A stretch of DNA of 64,000 nucleotides, taken from NCBI RefSeq assembly GCF_006345805.1, contig NC_042999.1, positions 60,078,001 to 60,142,000 on the forward strand. Reading direction: 5' to 3'. Positions 52,591 through 64,000 of this stretch are shown here, in pieces. The notes beneath the pieces are model-generated. The model ran no database searches, had not been told where the DNA came from, and saw nothing but the letters and a program-made list of their open reading frames with translations. Both the position numbers and the translations under genes were made by a program. How positions within the stretch are numbered: position 1 is the stretch's first letter; each line of letters opens with the position of its first letter. The stretch comes from Octopus sinensis. Taxonomy: Eukaryota.

Positions 52591-52755
52591 TATATACATA
52601 TGTACGACGTGTTTCTTTCAGTTTCCGTCTACCAAATACACTTACAAGGCTTTGGTCAGCTCGAGGCTATAGTAGAAGGTATTTGCCCAAGGTGCCACAC
52701 AGTGAGACTGAACCCGGAGCCATGTGGTTGAGAAGCAAGCTTCTTACCACAGAGC
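51960..52755. mobile_element. Tail-to-tail inverted pair of family B SINEs
   Basis: Plus copy about 51960-52355, minus copy about 52360-52755. Confidence 0.8.
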
Positions 52756-53629
52756 GCGTTCTTTTTTGTAAGAGGGTAGGTCGGTTATTCAAGAGAGAGA
52801 TTCAGCTGATATTTCTTGCAAGTAAACACGACCGCTTTGCGGACCTCTGCTCGTCTTACTGTATAATCTAAAGTGAAACGTTCACTTGCTCTAACCTACA
52901 CATTTCAGAGAATTTTCCAGACGATTATGTAACTGTATATTTGATTTATATTCAGCAAAGTGTATATTTAATTGTCACTCTCTGAACAATATCCTTTCAC
53001 CGTCTGCAGCAATGGGTGAGTAACCAAGAAACTTAGTCAAACGTTCGCGATATTAACGCAACAACATTCAATCTCCTTTGCCACTAAGCTAAAATAATTA
53101 GCTATAAAGTGGTCGGTGTACAGGATTCATTTCTATTCATAGAGATTGGTTCACATAAAATAAATACAACGTCCTTGAGACAAATTTATCTCGGTTTAAT
53201 GACTGTTAATGTACCGCTATGTTTAACACACACAAGTCTTTCTTCCTTCAAAATATAAATAATTTAGCAACACAAACGAAGTTGTGTATTGATCGTTGGC
53301 TAATTATACAATGAAGAATACAACATTTGACACCGAGACATGAGACTTCTCTAAATATATAATACAGATTTGGTTGTTGTTGCTGCTGCTGTTTAGCTTC
53401 AGGCCAACTCCGAGCCAGGGGGGATTATGATCAAAGACTTTTGCACTACCTTTATTTTTCCCTCAGATATTGTATGTTTTTCATTTGGATGAGGGATAGC
53501 GAACTTTGTGATGATACAATATTGTTTATTTTTTCTGAATCTCGCTTTGCAACCAAGTGGTTTCGAGTTCAAATACACTGCATGGCACTTTGAGCAGTGT
53601 AATTCTTCTACAGCTATGATTCGACCAAT

Positions 53630-53863
53630 TAAGGCGGCGAGCTGGCTGAAACGTTAGCGCGCCGGGCGCAATGCTTAGCGGTATTTCGTCTGTCGTTACG
53701 TTTTGAGTTCAAATTCCGCCGAGGTCGACTTTGCCTTTCATCCTTTCGGGGTCGATAAATAAAGTACCACTTTCGCACTAGGCTCGATGTAATCAACTTA
53801 AACCCTTTGTCTGTCTTTGTTTGTCCTCTCTGTGTTTAGCCCCTTCTGGGCAGTAAAGAAATA
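53630..53863 (+). mobile_element. SINE family A, long-tail, full length, inserted in an old family B head
   Basis: 15-bp TSD tatgattcgaccaat at 53615-53629 and 53864-53878. Confidence 0.93.
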
Positions 53864-53963
53864 TATGATTCGACCAATGCTTTCTATATAAATTAGGTAA
53901 ACATAAACTGTGTGAAAGCTCGTGTATCTATTTATCTATCTACCAATCTATATATCTATCTAG

Positions 53964-54047
<84 letters not shown>

Positions 54048-56707
54048 TTATATACGGGGCAAATAATTCCCGAGAAAAAATAATTCACGAAAAATTAATT
54101 TGTGACGATATCATTAATTATGTTATTATCTAGTGTAACAATTTTAAAAATGATAATAACAGAATTAATAATATAGGTGATTGCAGGGCCCTCCCTACAA
54201 AATATTAAATAGATGAAAGATAAAAATTAATCAAAGGACATAATAAGTATGTCTCCCTGCTGGAAATAACAGTCAAAACTCATATTTAAATCGCCAAGTT
54301 TGGCCAAGTTTGGCCAAATACTCCACAGTTACTACTGACAGATGCGCAATATAGCAACAAGTTACAAATTTGTCGAACAGCTGTTGCGCAATGTATTCTA
54401 CTCTAGGCAGGTGCATGTGATTTTTCAGCCGCATTTTGCTCGATAGTTTGGATGTAGTGGAGGGCCTGCGGCGTAGAACTTCTATGTGTATTCCGACTGC
54501 TTGCCAAGGATTTTAGCTAAGGTGGTGGGACGTTGTAAAGAATAAAAAAAAACAACTCTGGCTCGGTTAGTAGTTAATGGATGTGAAAGAGCCAAATCGT
54601 TGGCTTTAGATCATCTTCTTTATGAACATTATGAATACAGAACACACATGTTCACTACGATCTTGGCAGACGTCTACAACAACTAGTAGAAGACTGGGAG
54701 CGTTTCCAGCTGTGTTATCCAAGTAGTGGCACTGCTGAAGGACAAAAATAACGGGTATTTCATTGATAATTTCTGCCTATAATTGCTGAATGCAGAAATT
54801 TTAAGATTATGGCAAAGATTCTCATGAAGAGATTGGTGCTGGTCATAACTTGTGCATTTAGATCGATCCACTGATTCTCTCACACTTTGCATTAACACCA
54901 AAGAAAAGACGAGGAATAAATCTAACTAGGATAGGGCTTTAATCTACAAAATTCAATCAAATGCTTTTGATTAAGCATTTGACTGCCTCTTAACGGCTAT
55001 CCAATTTAGATCCGTTATAAGAGTCTGAAATATTCGAACTTACAGTGACATCTGATTGGCTATCAGAATAAACAGCCATTATTAGAACCGTTTCAACTAA
55101 CATGCCCAGTCCGCAAGGGGTTTGACTCTTGCTACATTGCTGCAGTAGCTAGATGTTTTAAGAGTCATCTGGCTTGAAATGGGAAGCAGGAAGATCGTAT
55201 TTTAAAAGGTGAACGACATCATTTTCATGATGTTGGATACCTCAGGAATCGAGGTGGTTGCAGCGTAATAGAGGAATGCGATGAGGTAACCGCAGCACGT
55301 TTTAACCAGGATAAATCAATAGGTTTTGCTGCTCGGTTCGGAAAAGTAAGTCTATCAGTCTGTATTGTGAATGGTCATGTTTAAGGTGTTTGGGATTCTG
55401 TTTGTAACAGACCATCAAGTGGTTAGAAACTGAGTCGAAGATACGAACTGGCCGCGAAAGCATACACCTAAACAAGCTGAATGGAAGCTATTCCCTAGAG
55501 GACGAGCGGAGGAGATGAACCTATACATCCACTCAGTTATTTATTTCTGCTTGGCTATCGATATATTTGATATTTTCATTCTGACCAGTTTGTAACGCTT
55601 TTACTTTCACTACCGCCGACGATGCGTCGGTAAGCGCTAAAGCCGCGCCATTCTCAGAAATTTCCATACTGCAGCAAGCAGGTAAAACTACAGCTTGTCA
55701 GACAAATCATTCCACAGCTCATTTTCTTGGCGCAGTCCTGTATCCAACACAGATCAAGTTCGAGTGGCTTGCGTGTTAAATGTTGTCAAGCGTTCTCAGT
55801 TATATAACAGTAAGGAAAAATGTCCAGTAGCACATCAATATTAACAAAATATTCGTGCTGATACTACCATACGTGGGAAGGTGCGTGTAAGAATTCATCA
55901 TATCCAACGCACCACAAAAGCTAAATTGATAACAATGGCCGAAGAACATAAGAACTTACTGGAATGAGGTTCAGCCCTGTAACAAAATCGGACATGAACT
56001 GCTATTATGTTCCAGATGTTAGTTGCACCACAAGCTTTTCGTTGGGCTTCAAGGAATATGACTAAATGCAAGTGGTGATTGAGAGCTGGAAGCTCAAAAG
56101 TTACAACCTCAACGTTTTCTGACAACGTTTAATGACAACTTCGACGTTTTCTGCTTTGAGGAACAGCAAGAAAGAGATTTTATTGATGTCCAATGCTGCT
56201 ACCAGCACCCCAGCAACAGTAGTAACCATAGTAATGTTATACGGTAATAAGTACAACAGCAGAAGCAGTTAGGGGAATTATGAAATTACGATAATGACAG
56301 CCAACAAAGAATGAGTCTACGTTGAGTTGTTCTAAAGATAATATTTCCTCAAGCAGACACAGAGGAACGTCGGGGATATGCATTCATATCCTTTGTACTT
56401 TCCGATTCTTCGCAGAAAGAAGAGGATGGGAGCAACAAAGAAGAAACGGAAAGATGCAGAGGTGGAGAAAATTGAAGTGGGGTTGAGATAGGATAAATAA
56501 TCGTTCTCAGAAGGTCCAAGCGTTTGACAGCGGAACTCTTGCAAAACAAAAATTGTGTGGTGAAATAAGTCAGCAACAGCAGCAGCAGTGGCAGCAGTGG
56601 CAGCAGCAGCAGCAGGAATACCACCATTAACAACAATAACACCAGTGAAAGGAAACAAGAGCAAAATAATAATCCACAACAACACCAGTAAGATCAGAAA
56701 CAAACAA

Positions 56708-56820
56708 TAAAAGCAGACGATAAGCAGATAAAAGCAGACGATAAGCAGATAAAAGCAGACGATAAGCAGATAAAAGCAGACGATAAGCAGAGGATAAGAA
56801 GCTAAAAGAAGACGATAAGA
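56708..56820. repeat. 21-bp minisatellite (taaaagcagacgataagcaga) x4 plus a degenerate unit
   Basis: Direct reading. Confidence 0.9.
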
Positions 56821-58132
56821 CGCAACCTAAACAATATTAACAATAGAAGCATTCATAAAACATCATCAATAATCATATCTTTTACAATTTCACTACTCTC
56901 ACTGAAAAAAAAAAAGCAAGTAAACGGAATTCCTCCAAAAACATAATTGATGGGGCATAAAGGAATCAATTCCTCTCCGCGCCAAAATGTAGACTGACCA
57001 TTACTGCAAAGAATATCAGGAACCAATTCAGAACTCCCGGAAAGATTGCAGTCAACACAGGGGATATCAGAAAGAACTCTAATGCAAAGATGTTTGAAGG
57101 GTATAACGGAATAGGAGAAGCCAACAGAAAATGCATTATGATATTTCATGCGGAAGGGAAACGGCGCTTTAGCACTTCCTCGTTGCTAAACACAAAGGAA
57201 TCATGGTTCGAGATAGGAACGTGCTCTGAAACAGTTGGAAAGACGTTTGATGAATTAGCGGCAGAGATGTAGTGTAGCCGTTCAACCCTTTGGGTGGATA
57301 AAATATAGTACCTGTCAAATATCGATGGTGTTGGTGTTTCCGTTAAAAATAAAGCCACTTGATGGCAATTACCCCGCAAAACTAGAGAGAGAATGCATGC
57401 CAAGAATGGCCCATAAGATTTAGGCTAAAAACGGATACAGATGGTATGATACTAGCAGCAGGAAACCAATGCGTATCCTGAAGCAACAGCAAAAATAAAA
57501 TAGTAAAAATTGTGGTAGCATCAAGTGCAGATTATACCAACAGTACAATAAGATGTTTGTCTACTAATCTCACGTTTCTCACCGCTTGCCAAGTCTCAAG
57601 GTATCTAAATACAGAAACGATCAGGTCGGTTATTATGCCCACTCGGTTAGGTGCCAACATTCCGGGATGAAAACGGACAAGAAATGTTATAGACATGAAC
57701 TAAACGCGGAGCATGACAGCAGCCTAGCTAATAATCTTCCGGTTCATGTCTATTCAAACTCAACGATCAGGAACAATAAACCAGGATTGGTAAGAAAATA
57801 TACGCGTGCTGATAAACATGTGATTGCTCGATAGAAAGTTGAGAAACTTTGCAAATACACGGTCCTTGACATTTAAATAAACAAGATGTGACATAAGGCA
57901 TACGCAAAAACGGCACCAGTAATATTTTGAGCACTAGAAATGATTTCGAGGAAAAAACAACGATTAATAAAAACATACGAACTATACTAGAACTGACAGC
58001 ACAAGTCAAAAGTGTAAATCTATTAGATGCAGCCCACATCCTGTAGACGATACTCTCAATTCAAGTGCATAACTGAAAAAGTACTTTGCATGCAACAAAT
58101 ATCGTAAACCATAACAAATTAATAAAGTAACA

Positions 58133-58530
58133 TGGCAGTGAATTAGCAGAATCGTTAGCCCGCCGGAGAAACTGCTTAGCAACATTTTGTCTGACTTTAC
58201 ATTTTGAGTTCAAATTGCCTTCTATCCTTTTGTGTTCGATAAAATAAATACCAGTGAAATATTGAGGTCGATATAATCGACTTCCCCCCTCAAAAACTGT
58301 TGGCCCTGAGCCAAAATTTGAACCTAAAGACGGCGGGCTGGTAGAATCGTTTGCTCGCTGGAAAAAATACTTTACGTTCTGATTTCAAATTCCACTAGGG
58401 ACTACCTTTCCTTTCATCCTTTTGGAGTCGATAAAATAAGCAGCAGTTGAGCACAGGAGTTGATGTAATCGACTTACTCCTTCGACTTAACCTAAAATTG
58501 CTGGCCACGAGCCAAAATTTGAAACCAATA
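58133..58530 (+). mobile_element. Two tandem diverged family A SINEs
   Basis: Cores at about 58133-58325 and 58326-58530. Confidence 0.7.
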
Positions 58531-58656
58531 AAATAACACAACCCACACAATTTCCTGCTATAAAAAAAATATAACAGAACACATACTTGCTGAAGCGATC
58601 CCGACATTTTGACCACAACTCACACAACTAATTAACACCGCTACTACTAATTAACT

Positions 58657-58979
58657 GTGGAGGCGCAGTGGCCCAGTGGTTAGGGCAGCGGACTCACGGT
58701 CGGAGGATCGGTGTTTCGATTCCCAAACCGGGCGTTGTGTGTGTTTATTGAGCGAAAACACCTAAAGTCCCACGAGGCTCCGGCAGGCGGTGTTGGTGAC
58801 CCCCTGTTGTACTCTTTCGCCCCAACTTTCTCTCACCCTTTCTTCCTGTTTCTTGGGTAACGCTTGAGTAACCCTGCGATGGACTGGCGTCCCGTCCAGC
58901 TAGGGGGAACTCATATGCCATAGAAACCGGGAAACCGGGCCCATGAGCCTGGCAAGGCTTGGAAAGGGCGCATAAAAAG
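58657..58979 (+). mobile_element. SINE family C, full length
   Basis: 14-bp TSD actactaattaact at 58643-58656 and 58980-58993. Confidence 0.92.
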
Positions 58980-59944
58980 ACTACTAATTAACTAATTTAC
59001 AGTACACTACTACTTATACAGAATAAAGCCTCTGACATTGAAACTGGTGAGTTCCAAACTATAATTGTTCCGGCTCTTTACGTTACGGGCTTAAATCCAG
59101 CCGAGGTCAACTCAGCGTTTCATCTCTTCGTGGTGGATAAAATTAACCTGTAAAGCTCTGGGATTTGCACTTATGTAACATGGAATGCTGAGGACATTTT
59201 ATGAAAATTAGACTACCATGCACACATAAAAAGCAAAATAATAGTTAAAATATCTTCTTAATATATATTGGTAGCAAGTTTTATTTCATCTGAAAATCAT
59301 TAGTTGAACTATGAGTCCTCTTGCATTCTGGGAGGAATGAGAGCGTCTGGGTGATATTAGACTCTAACAAACGCCCATAAATGCGTCCTATATAATTTAT
59401 CGGGTTTTATGTGTTTAGTTCAAGTCAAGTACCGATGTCAATGCTATTAACTATCCCATTTCAAATAAAATTTACTGGCCTTGTGCCTAAATCATAAATA
59501 GATTTTCAGTGGGCGGTGCATTGGTATAACCTCTAGAGTGCCGGAATTAATGCCATACGAAAAATCCGGAACATACATGATAGGTCACGTGTGTTATCAT
59601 GAGCTTCTCTAGATCGCAGTTTGTCAATCTTGTATGGCTGGAAGCATTCTTTTGTTATTATTAAGGATTTAGGCGGCTAGTTGGCAGAACCATTAGCTGA
59701 CCGGACTTAATACTTATCGGCATTTTTGTCAACGCTTTACGTTCTGAATTGAAATGACACTGACGACGACTTTGCCTTTCATGCATTTGGCGTCGATAAA
59801 ATAAGGACCACACGAGCATTGGGATAGATATATTCGAATGCGCCCACATAAAATTCAGTCGTTCTGTCTAGAGTAGAAAGAATCACAAGCATTATTTACA
59901 TTATTTACATTTGACGGATATTTGTCCTCATCTTGTTTGTTGTT

Positions 59945-59990
59945 AACACAACGTTTCGGCTGATATACCCTCCAGCTTTCATCAGGTGTC
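59945..59990 (-). ncRNA. Minimal type-I hammerhead motif in a Penelope-like repeat (about 59890-60055, resuming 60638-60730)
   Basis: gacac-CTGATGA-A-aGCTGG-agggtata-TCAGCc-GAA-ACGT-T-gtgtt; the closing pair of stem II is an A-C mismatch in this copy. Confidence 0.7.
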
Positions 59991-60056
59991 TTGGGGGAAA
60001 TTTCGAACCTGGGTTCTCATTCCTAAGGTATATTTTTCAATGTTATTATTATTATT

Positions 60057-60613
60057 GAGTGAGAGAGCAGTGCATGCCATCAAAGTGACACTAGGGTAAA
60101 ATATACGAAGCCCAGTATACCCATAATGACTACCCGTCTGATAAGGGTACACCAGGCACATGCATCATAACCATATGTGCGCGACATGGTGATCTCATAT
60201 CAAGATAACCAGCGCATGACCTTGCAGGTGGGGCCCAGTTAGAATTTTCTCAGGTCGAGGAGCCTATCCCGCTCAAAAGGTCCCTGAATATGGATTGTTT
60301 AAGGATATTGAACGAACCACCCATGTTTCCAAAGGTGAATTATCCAAACTTCTAAGAATTCTTCTCAACACCTGGCTATGATGGTCCCCCACTACTTCTG
60401 CTCGTGATCAGAGATGCACATATCGTCAGCCACTAATAGGCATGCTCAACTGGTTAAGGTCAAACAACTGACAAGAAAATCTGATGTATGGAGCAGAATA
60501 TTTGCTGTAGCCCATCTTTTGTACCAAGACAAAACAATGTACATGATAACACTTCCAATCAGTTAAGATCAGAAGCCATGAGAGCCACTGTCTGGTACAG
60601 CATCAGGGCATTT
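60057..60613 (-). mobile_element. Family F, full length, inserted in a (TTA)n tract
   Basis: Reverse complement of 11681-12229. Confidence 0.85.
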
Positions 60614-61101
60614 ATTATTATTATTATTATTATTATTGTTATTGTTCAGGTCACTGCTTGGAATAGAATTCGGAATCTTGGGGTTAGCAGCCCACGCTCC
60701 TAACCACTACGCCATATGCCCGTGGGCATCTCTTAAATATAGAACTGTGAAGAATTATAATTTTTTTCGGCGGTGAGCAAGCACAATTATTATCATGCCA
60801 AAAAAAAAATGTTCAGCAACATTTCTTCCGACGTTCTGAGTTCAAATTCCGCCGAGGTTCTACTTTTATTTTCGGAGTCGATAAATTAAGTACCAGTGGA
60901 GTACTATGGTAGATGTAATGGACTGGTCCCCTCCCACAAAATTTCAGGTCTTGTGCCTTCAATAGAAAGAATTATAAATATTAAGAAATAAGAGAAGTTG
61001 TAGGGATGATGAAAGTTCTAGTAATAATATTAATTCAACCTATATTAGGGATAACCTATATTTATCTATTTATTGCTAATTCAATTATGTTGAAAGCACG
61101 C

Positions 61102-61132
<31 letters not shown>

Positions 61133-61367
61133 ATATATATATACATACACACACAAACGTGTGTATATGTTTATATGACTAAGCTTATGAGAGAGTGGAT
61201 ATGTGAGTTTGTGTATGTGTGAATGTGTGAACGTGATTTACAGCCTGTGTCTTTATGGAAACATTTTCGTTAAAACGGCGCCAAGAACCATATTTTCCGC
61301 CGCCAAGTAATGTCTGTCAAGCTGATAAAAAAAATCCCGACGAAACCATTTTGCCTGCCTTGCTCTG

Positions 61368-61595
<228 letters not shown>

Positions 61596-62044
61596 AACAT
61601 CCCTCCAAAGACAGACTGAGACATGCACACGAACACATACATACACACAAATATACATACACGTACATATATATGCATATCTGTCTATTTATCTATCTAT
61701 CTGTCTATATATACGTACTTACATATATACATACAGAGAGACAGACACACATGTACACACACACACATACGCACGTACATCATACATACATATACACACA
61801 CACATACACTCCTGTTCATCTAATTTCGAGAGAACAAAGAAGGAAATTGCAGGTACATGGATAGCCTTTACTGAAGTTAATACACAACAGATACATCATT
61901 TTGAAACATGCCTGCCTGGTTTTGTAATTGATGAAGGAGGAATGAAAATAAAATAATATATACTGAGTTAGATTTGGAAGTCAGTATAATGAAGAGATGA
62001 GTGCGATGCAAACAGACCAAGATATTTATCGAAATAATTAAACA

Positions 62045-62192
62045 TAGGCGCAGAATTGGCTGTGTGGTAAGTAACTTGCTTACCAACCACATGGTTCTGG
62101 GTTCAATCCCACTGCGTGGCAATTTGGGAAAGTATCTTCTTCTATAGCCTTGTGAGTGGATTTGGTAGACAGAAACTGAAAGAAGCCCGTCG

Positions 62193-62241
<49 letters not shown>

Positions 62242-62451
62242 TTCTTTGTGTGTCTGTGTTTGTCCCCTCCCCCAACATCGCTTGACAACCGATGCTGGTG
62301 TGTTTACGTCCCCGTAACTTAGCGGTTCGGCAAAAGACACCGATAGAATAAGTACTAGGCTTACAAAGAATAAGTTCTGCGGTCAATTTGTTCCACTAAA
62401 AGTGGTGCTCCAGCATGGCCGCAGTCAAATGACTGAAACAAGTAAAAGAGT
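62045..62451 (+). mobile_element. SINE family B
   Basis: Near-consensus copy. Confidence 0.9.
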
Positions 62452-62495
62452 ATTGCAACGAAGCATATAATAATAATGATAATATTATTATTATT

Positions 62496-62820
62496 GAGAG
62501 AGGGAGCAGTGCATGCCATCAAAGTGACACTGGGGTAAAATATACGAAGCTCAGTATACCCATCATGACTACCCGTCTGATAAGGGTACACTAGGCACAT
62601 GCATCACAGCCATATGTGCACGACATAGTGATCTCATACCAAGATAAACAGCACATGAACTTGCAGGTGGCACCCAGTTAAAATTTTCTTCTGGTCGAAT
62701 AACCTATCCCGCTCAAAAGGTCCCTGAATAAGGGTTGTTCAAGGATTTTGAACGAAACACCCATGTTTCCAGAGGTGAATTATTCAAACCCCAAAGAATT
62801 TCTCTCAACACATGACTATG
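62496..62820 (-). mobile_element. Family F, 3' portion
   Basis: Aligns to the 3' about 325 bp of family F; (AAT)n tail. Confidence 0.85.
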
Positions 62821-63240
62821 GTACTGGTGGCCGACCCTATAAAAAGCTTTCGACTGATCAAAATTGAGTAGGGGCCCACCCATGCTAGGTTCCTTACCTA
62901 CCTTCTCTATGATGTAGCGCATGAGGTGGAGGTTATCGTGGACAGTTGTGTTCGAGATAGCGCATGTCTACGCGTCACCATCCAACTCATCGACGACAAT
63001 CACCAACCTCTTGGCTAACTCCTTAGCCAAAATCTTATAATCTGCATTCAACAGAGTTATAGGTCTAAAATTATCAGTTTTTTCCCTCTTGATCGGGTCC
63101 TTCCTCAACAGCATCACCACCCCACGGCTCACAGCACTGGGAATTCTCCTATTCTGCTGCCAGGTGTTGTAAACGTCTGTCAAGAGACCACCGAACAAGT
63201 CTGACATATGAAAGTAAAGCTCGAAGAGCAGACCATCAGT
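62821..63240 (-). pseudogene. L1/Tx1-clade reverse transcriptase fragment
   Basis: DGLLFELY...W...IP...RGVVMLLRKD...NFRPITLLNADYKILAKELAKRL...MRYII...LLNFDQSKAFYRVGHQY (RT subdomains 0-3), frameshifted. Confidence 0.88.
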
Positions 63241-63269
63241 CACCACCACCACCACGGAGGTATGAGCAA

Positions 63270-63492
63270 GTGTGTCCTTGGGAACAGTATCAGAAGGCAT
63301 CAAGAGAAATACAAAGGAAATTGGAATAGAGTGCCCAGTAGAACTGTTACAAAAGGTTTGCCTCCTTGGCACGACCAGAATAATCAGGAAAGTATTAGCT
63401 GAAAAGAGCGAATAGCATGGTACCGCAGGTTGCAGGTAGTAAGCCCGCTACACATGGAAGTTCCAACAGAACCTGTGTTAAAGAGAAAATAG
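63270..63492 (+). mobile_element. 3' end of an R4/Dong element with (TAA)n/(TGA)n tail to about 63587
   Basis: SLGTVSEGIKRNTKEIGIECPVELLQKVCLLGTTRIIRKVL, homologous to the C-terminus at 12640-12770. Confidence 0.8.
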
Positions 63493-63565
<73 letters not shown>

Positions 63566-63587
63566 ATGATGATGATGATAATAATAA

Positions 63588-64000
63588 TTCTGAAATGTCA
63601 AATAAAAATAGAAATGAGAATGGCGAGAATGAAACTGGAACACCATGTGAAGGTTTCTCTCGCCCGACAGGTGCCCCTCGCGTGAGCAGCGTGCGACCAT
63701 TCGTCATCAAGCGACTGCTAAAAGAAGGATGAAAGAAATAAATGTGATTTTAAAGGAGTGATACCTTCTGGGTAATCCGAGAAATGACAACGAAGTACCC
63801 GCTAGGGGATATAGAAAAAGAATGTACAGGGCATGGAGTGACAGAGGCCCATTTGAATTAAGTGAACAAAATCTGTGTGACCAAGCTAGAGAAATCAGAA
63901 AGAATGAATGGTTATCTTCAGTTGAACTAGAAAGCATTAAGAGACGGGTGCTTAGGGATAGTAAGACTAGCGGTGAACGGAAGGATGAGGAAGAGAATGC
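63588..64000 (+). mobile_element. 5' end of an R4/Dong element (decayed ORF N-terminus), runs off the window
   Basis: HQATAKRR...KE*YLLGNP...RGYRKRMYRAWSDRG.FELSEQNLCDQAREIRKNEWLSSVELESIKRR, recalled as the typical Dong/R4 N-terminal motif. Confidence 0.7.

Noticed and set aside
56332-56826. About 165-codon hydrophobic open frame on the minus strand with (LLIVCFY)x4 and a signal-peptide-like stretch
   Set aside because: No ATG. The strand is T/C-rich, so stops are rare and hydrophobic codons are expected. The repeat comes from the 21-bp minisatellite.
57146-58039. Possible GPCR pseudogene (SIFDRYY motif plus hydrophobic segments)
   Set aside because: The sequence after DRY does not fit TM4-TM7 spacing and no other family motifs are visible; the hydrophobicity is compositional.

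Overview
AT-rich, microsatellite-saturated animal genomic DNA. The SINE families and repeat landscape point to a coleoid cephalopod, probably Octopus; this is my recognition, not a database result. There is one 100-N gap. No intact protein-coding gene can be read. The only well-supported host feature is one unidentified minus-strand exon (22536-22638), plus weaker exon candidates and a repeat-poor island at about 54.3-58.1 kb. Almost everything else is mobile DNA: at least four SINE families (labelled A-D here), a (TAA)n-associated non-autonomous family (F), decayed R4/Dong, RTE, CRE-like and L1/Tx1 non-LTR fragments, Penelope-like elements, two mariner lineages, MITEs, a Merlin-like element and a Helitron end. 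Three observations stand out. (1) A TSD-bounded 2.05-kb retroelement encodes only an ORF1/Gag-like zinc-knuckle protein (HAL1-like) and shares its 3' tail with the youngest SINE subfamily. (2) Six minimal type-I hammerhead ribozyme motifs sit in Penelope-like terminal repeats, one with a compensatory G3-C8 core and one with an A6U core. (3) Arrays of elements target (TAA)n. Nearly all ORFs in the supplied track are microsatellite or compositional artefacts. Coordinates were counted by hand; TSD/TIR ends should be accurate to a few bases, and ends of decayed repeats are approximate.
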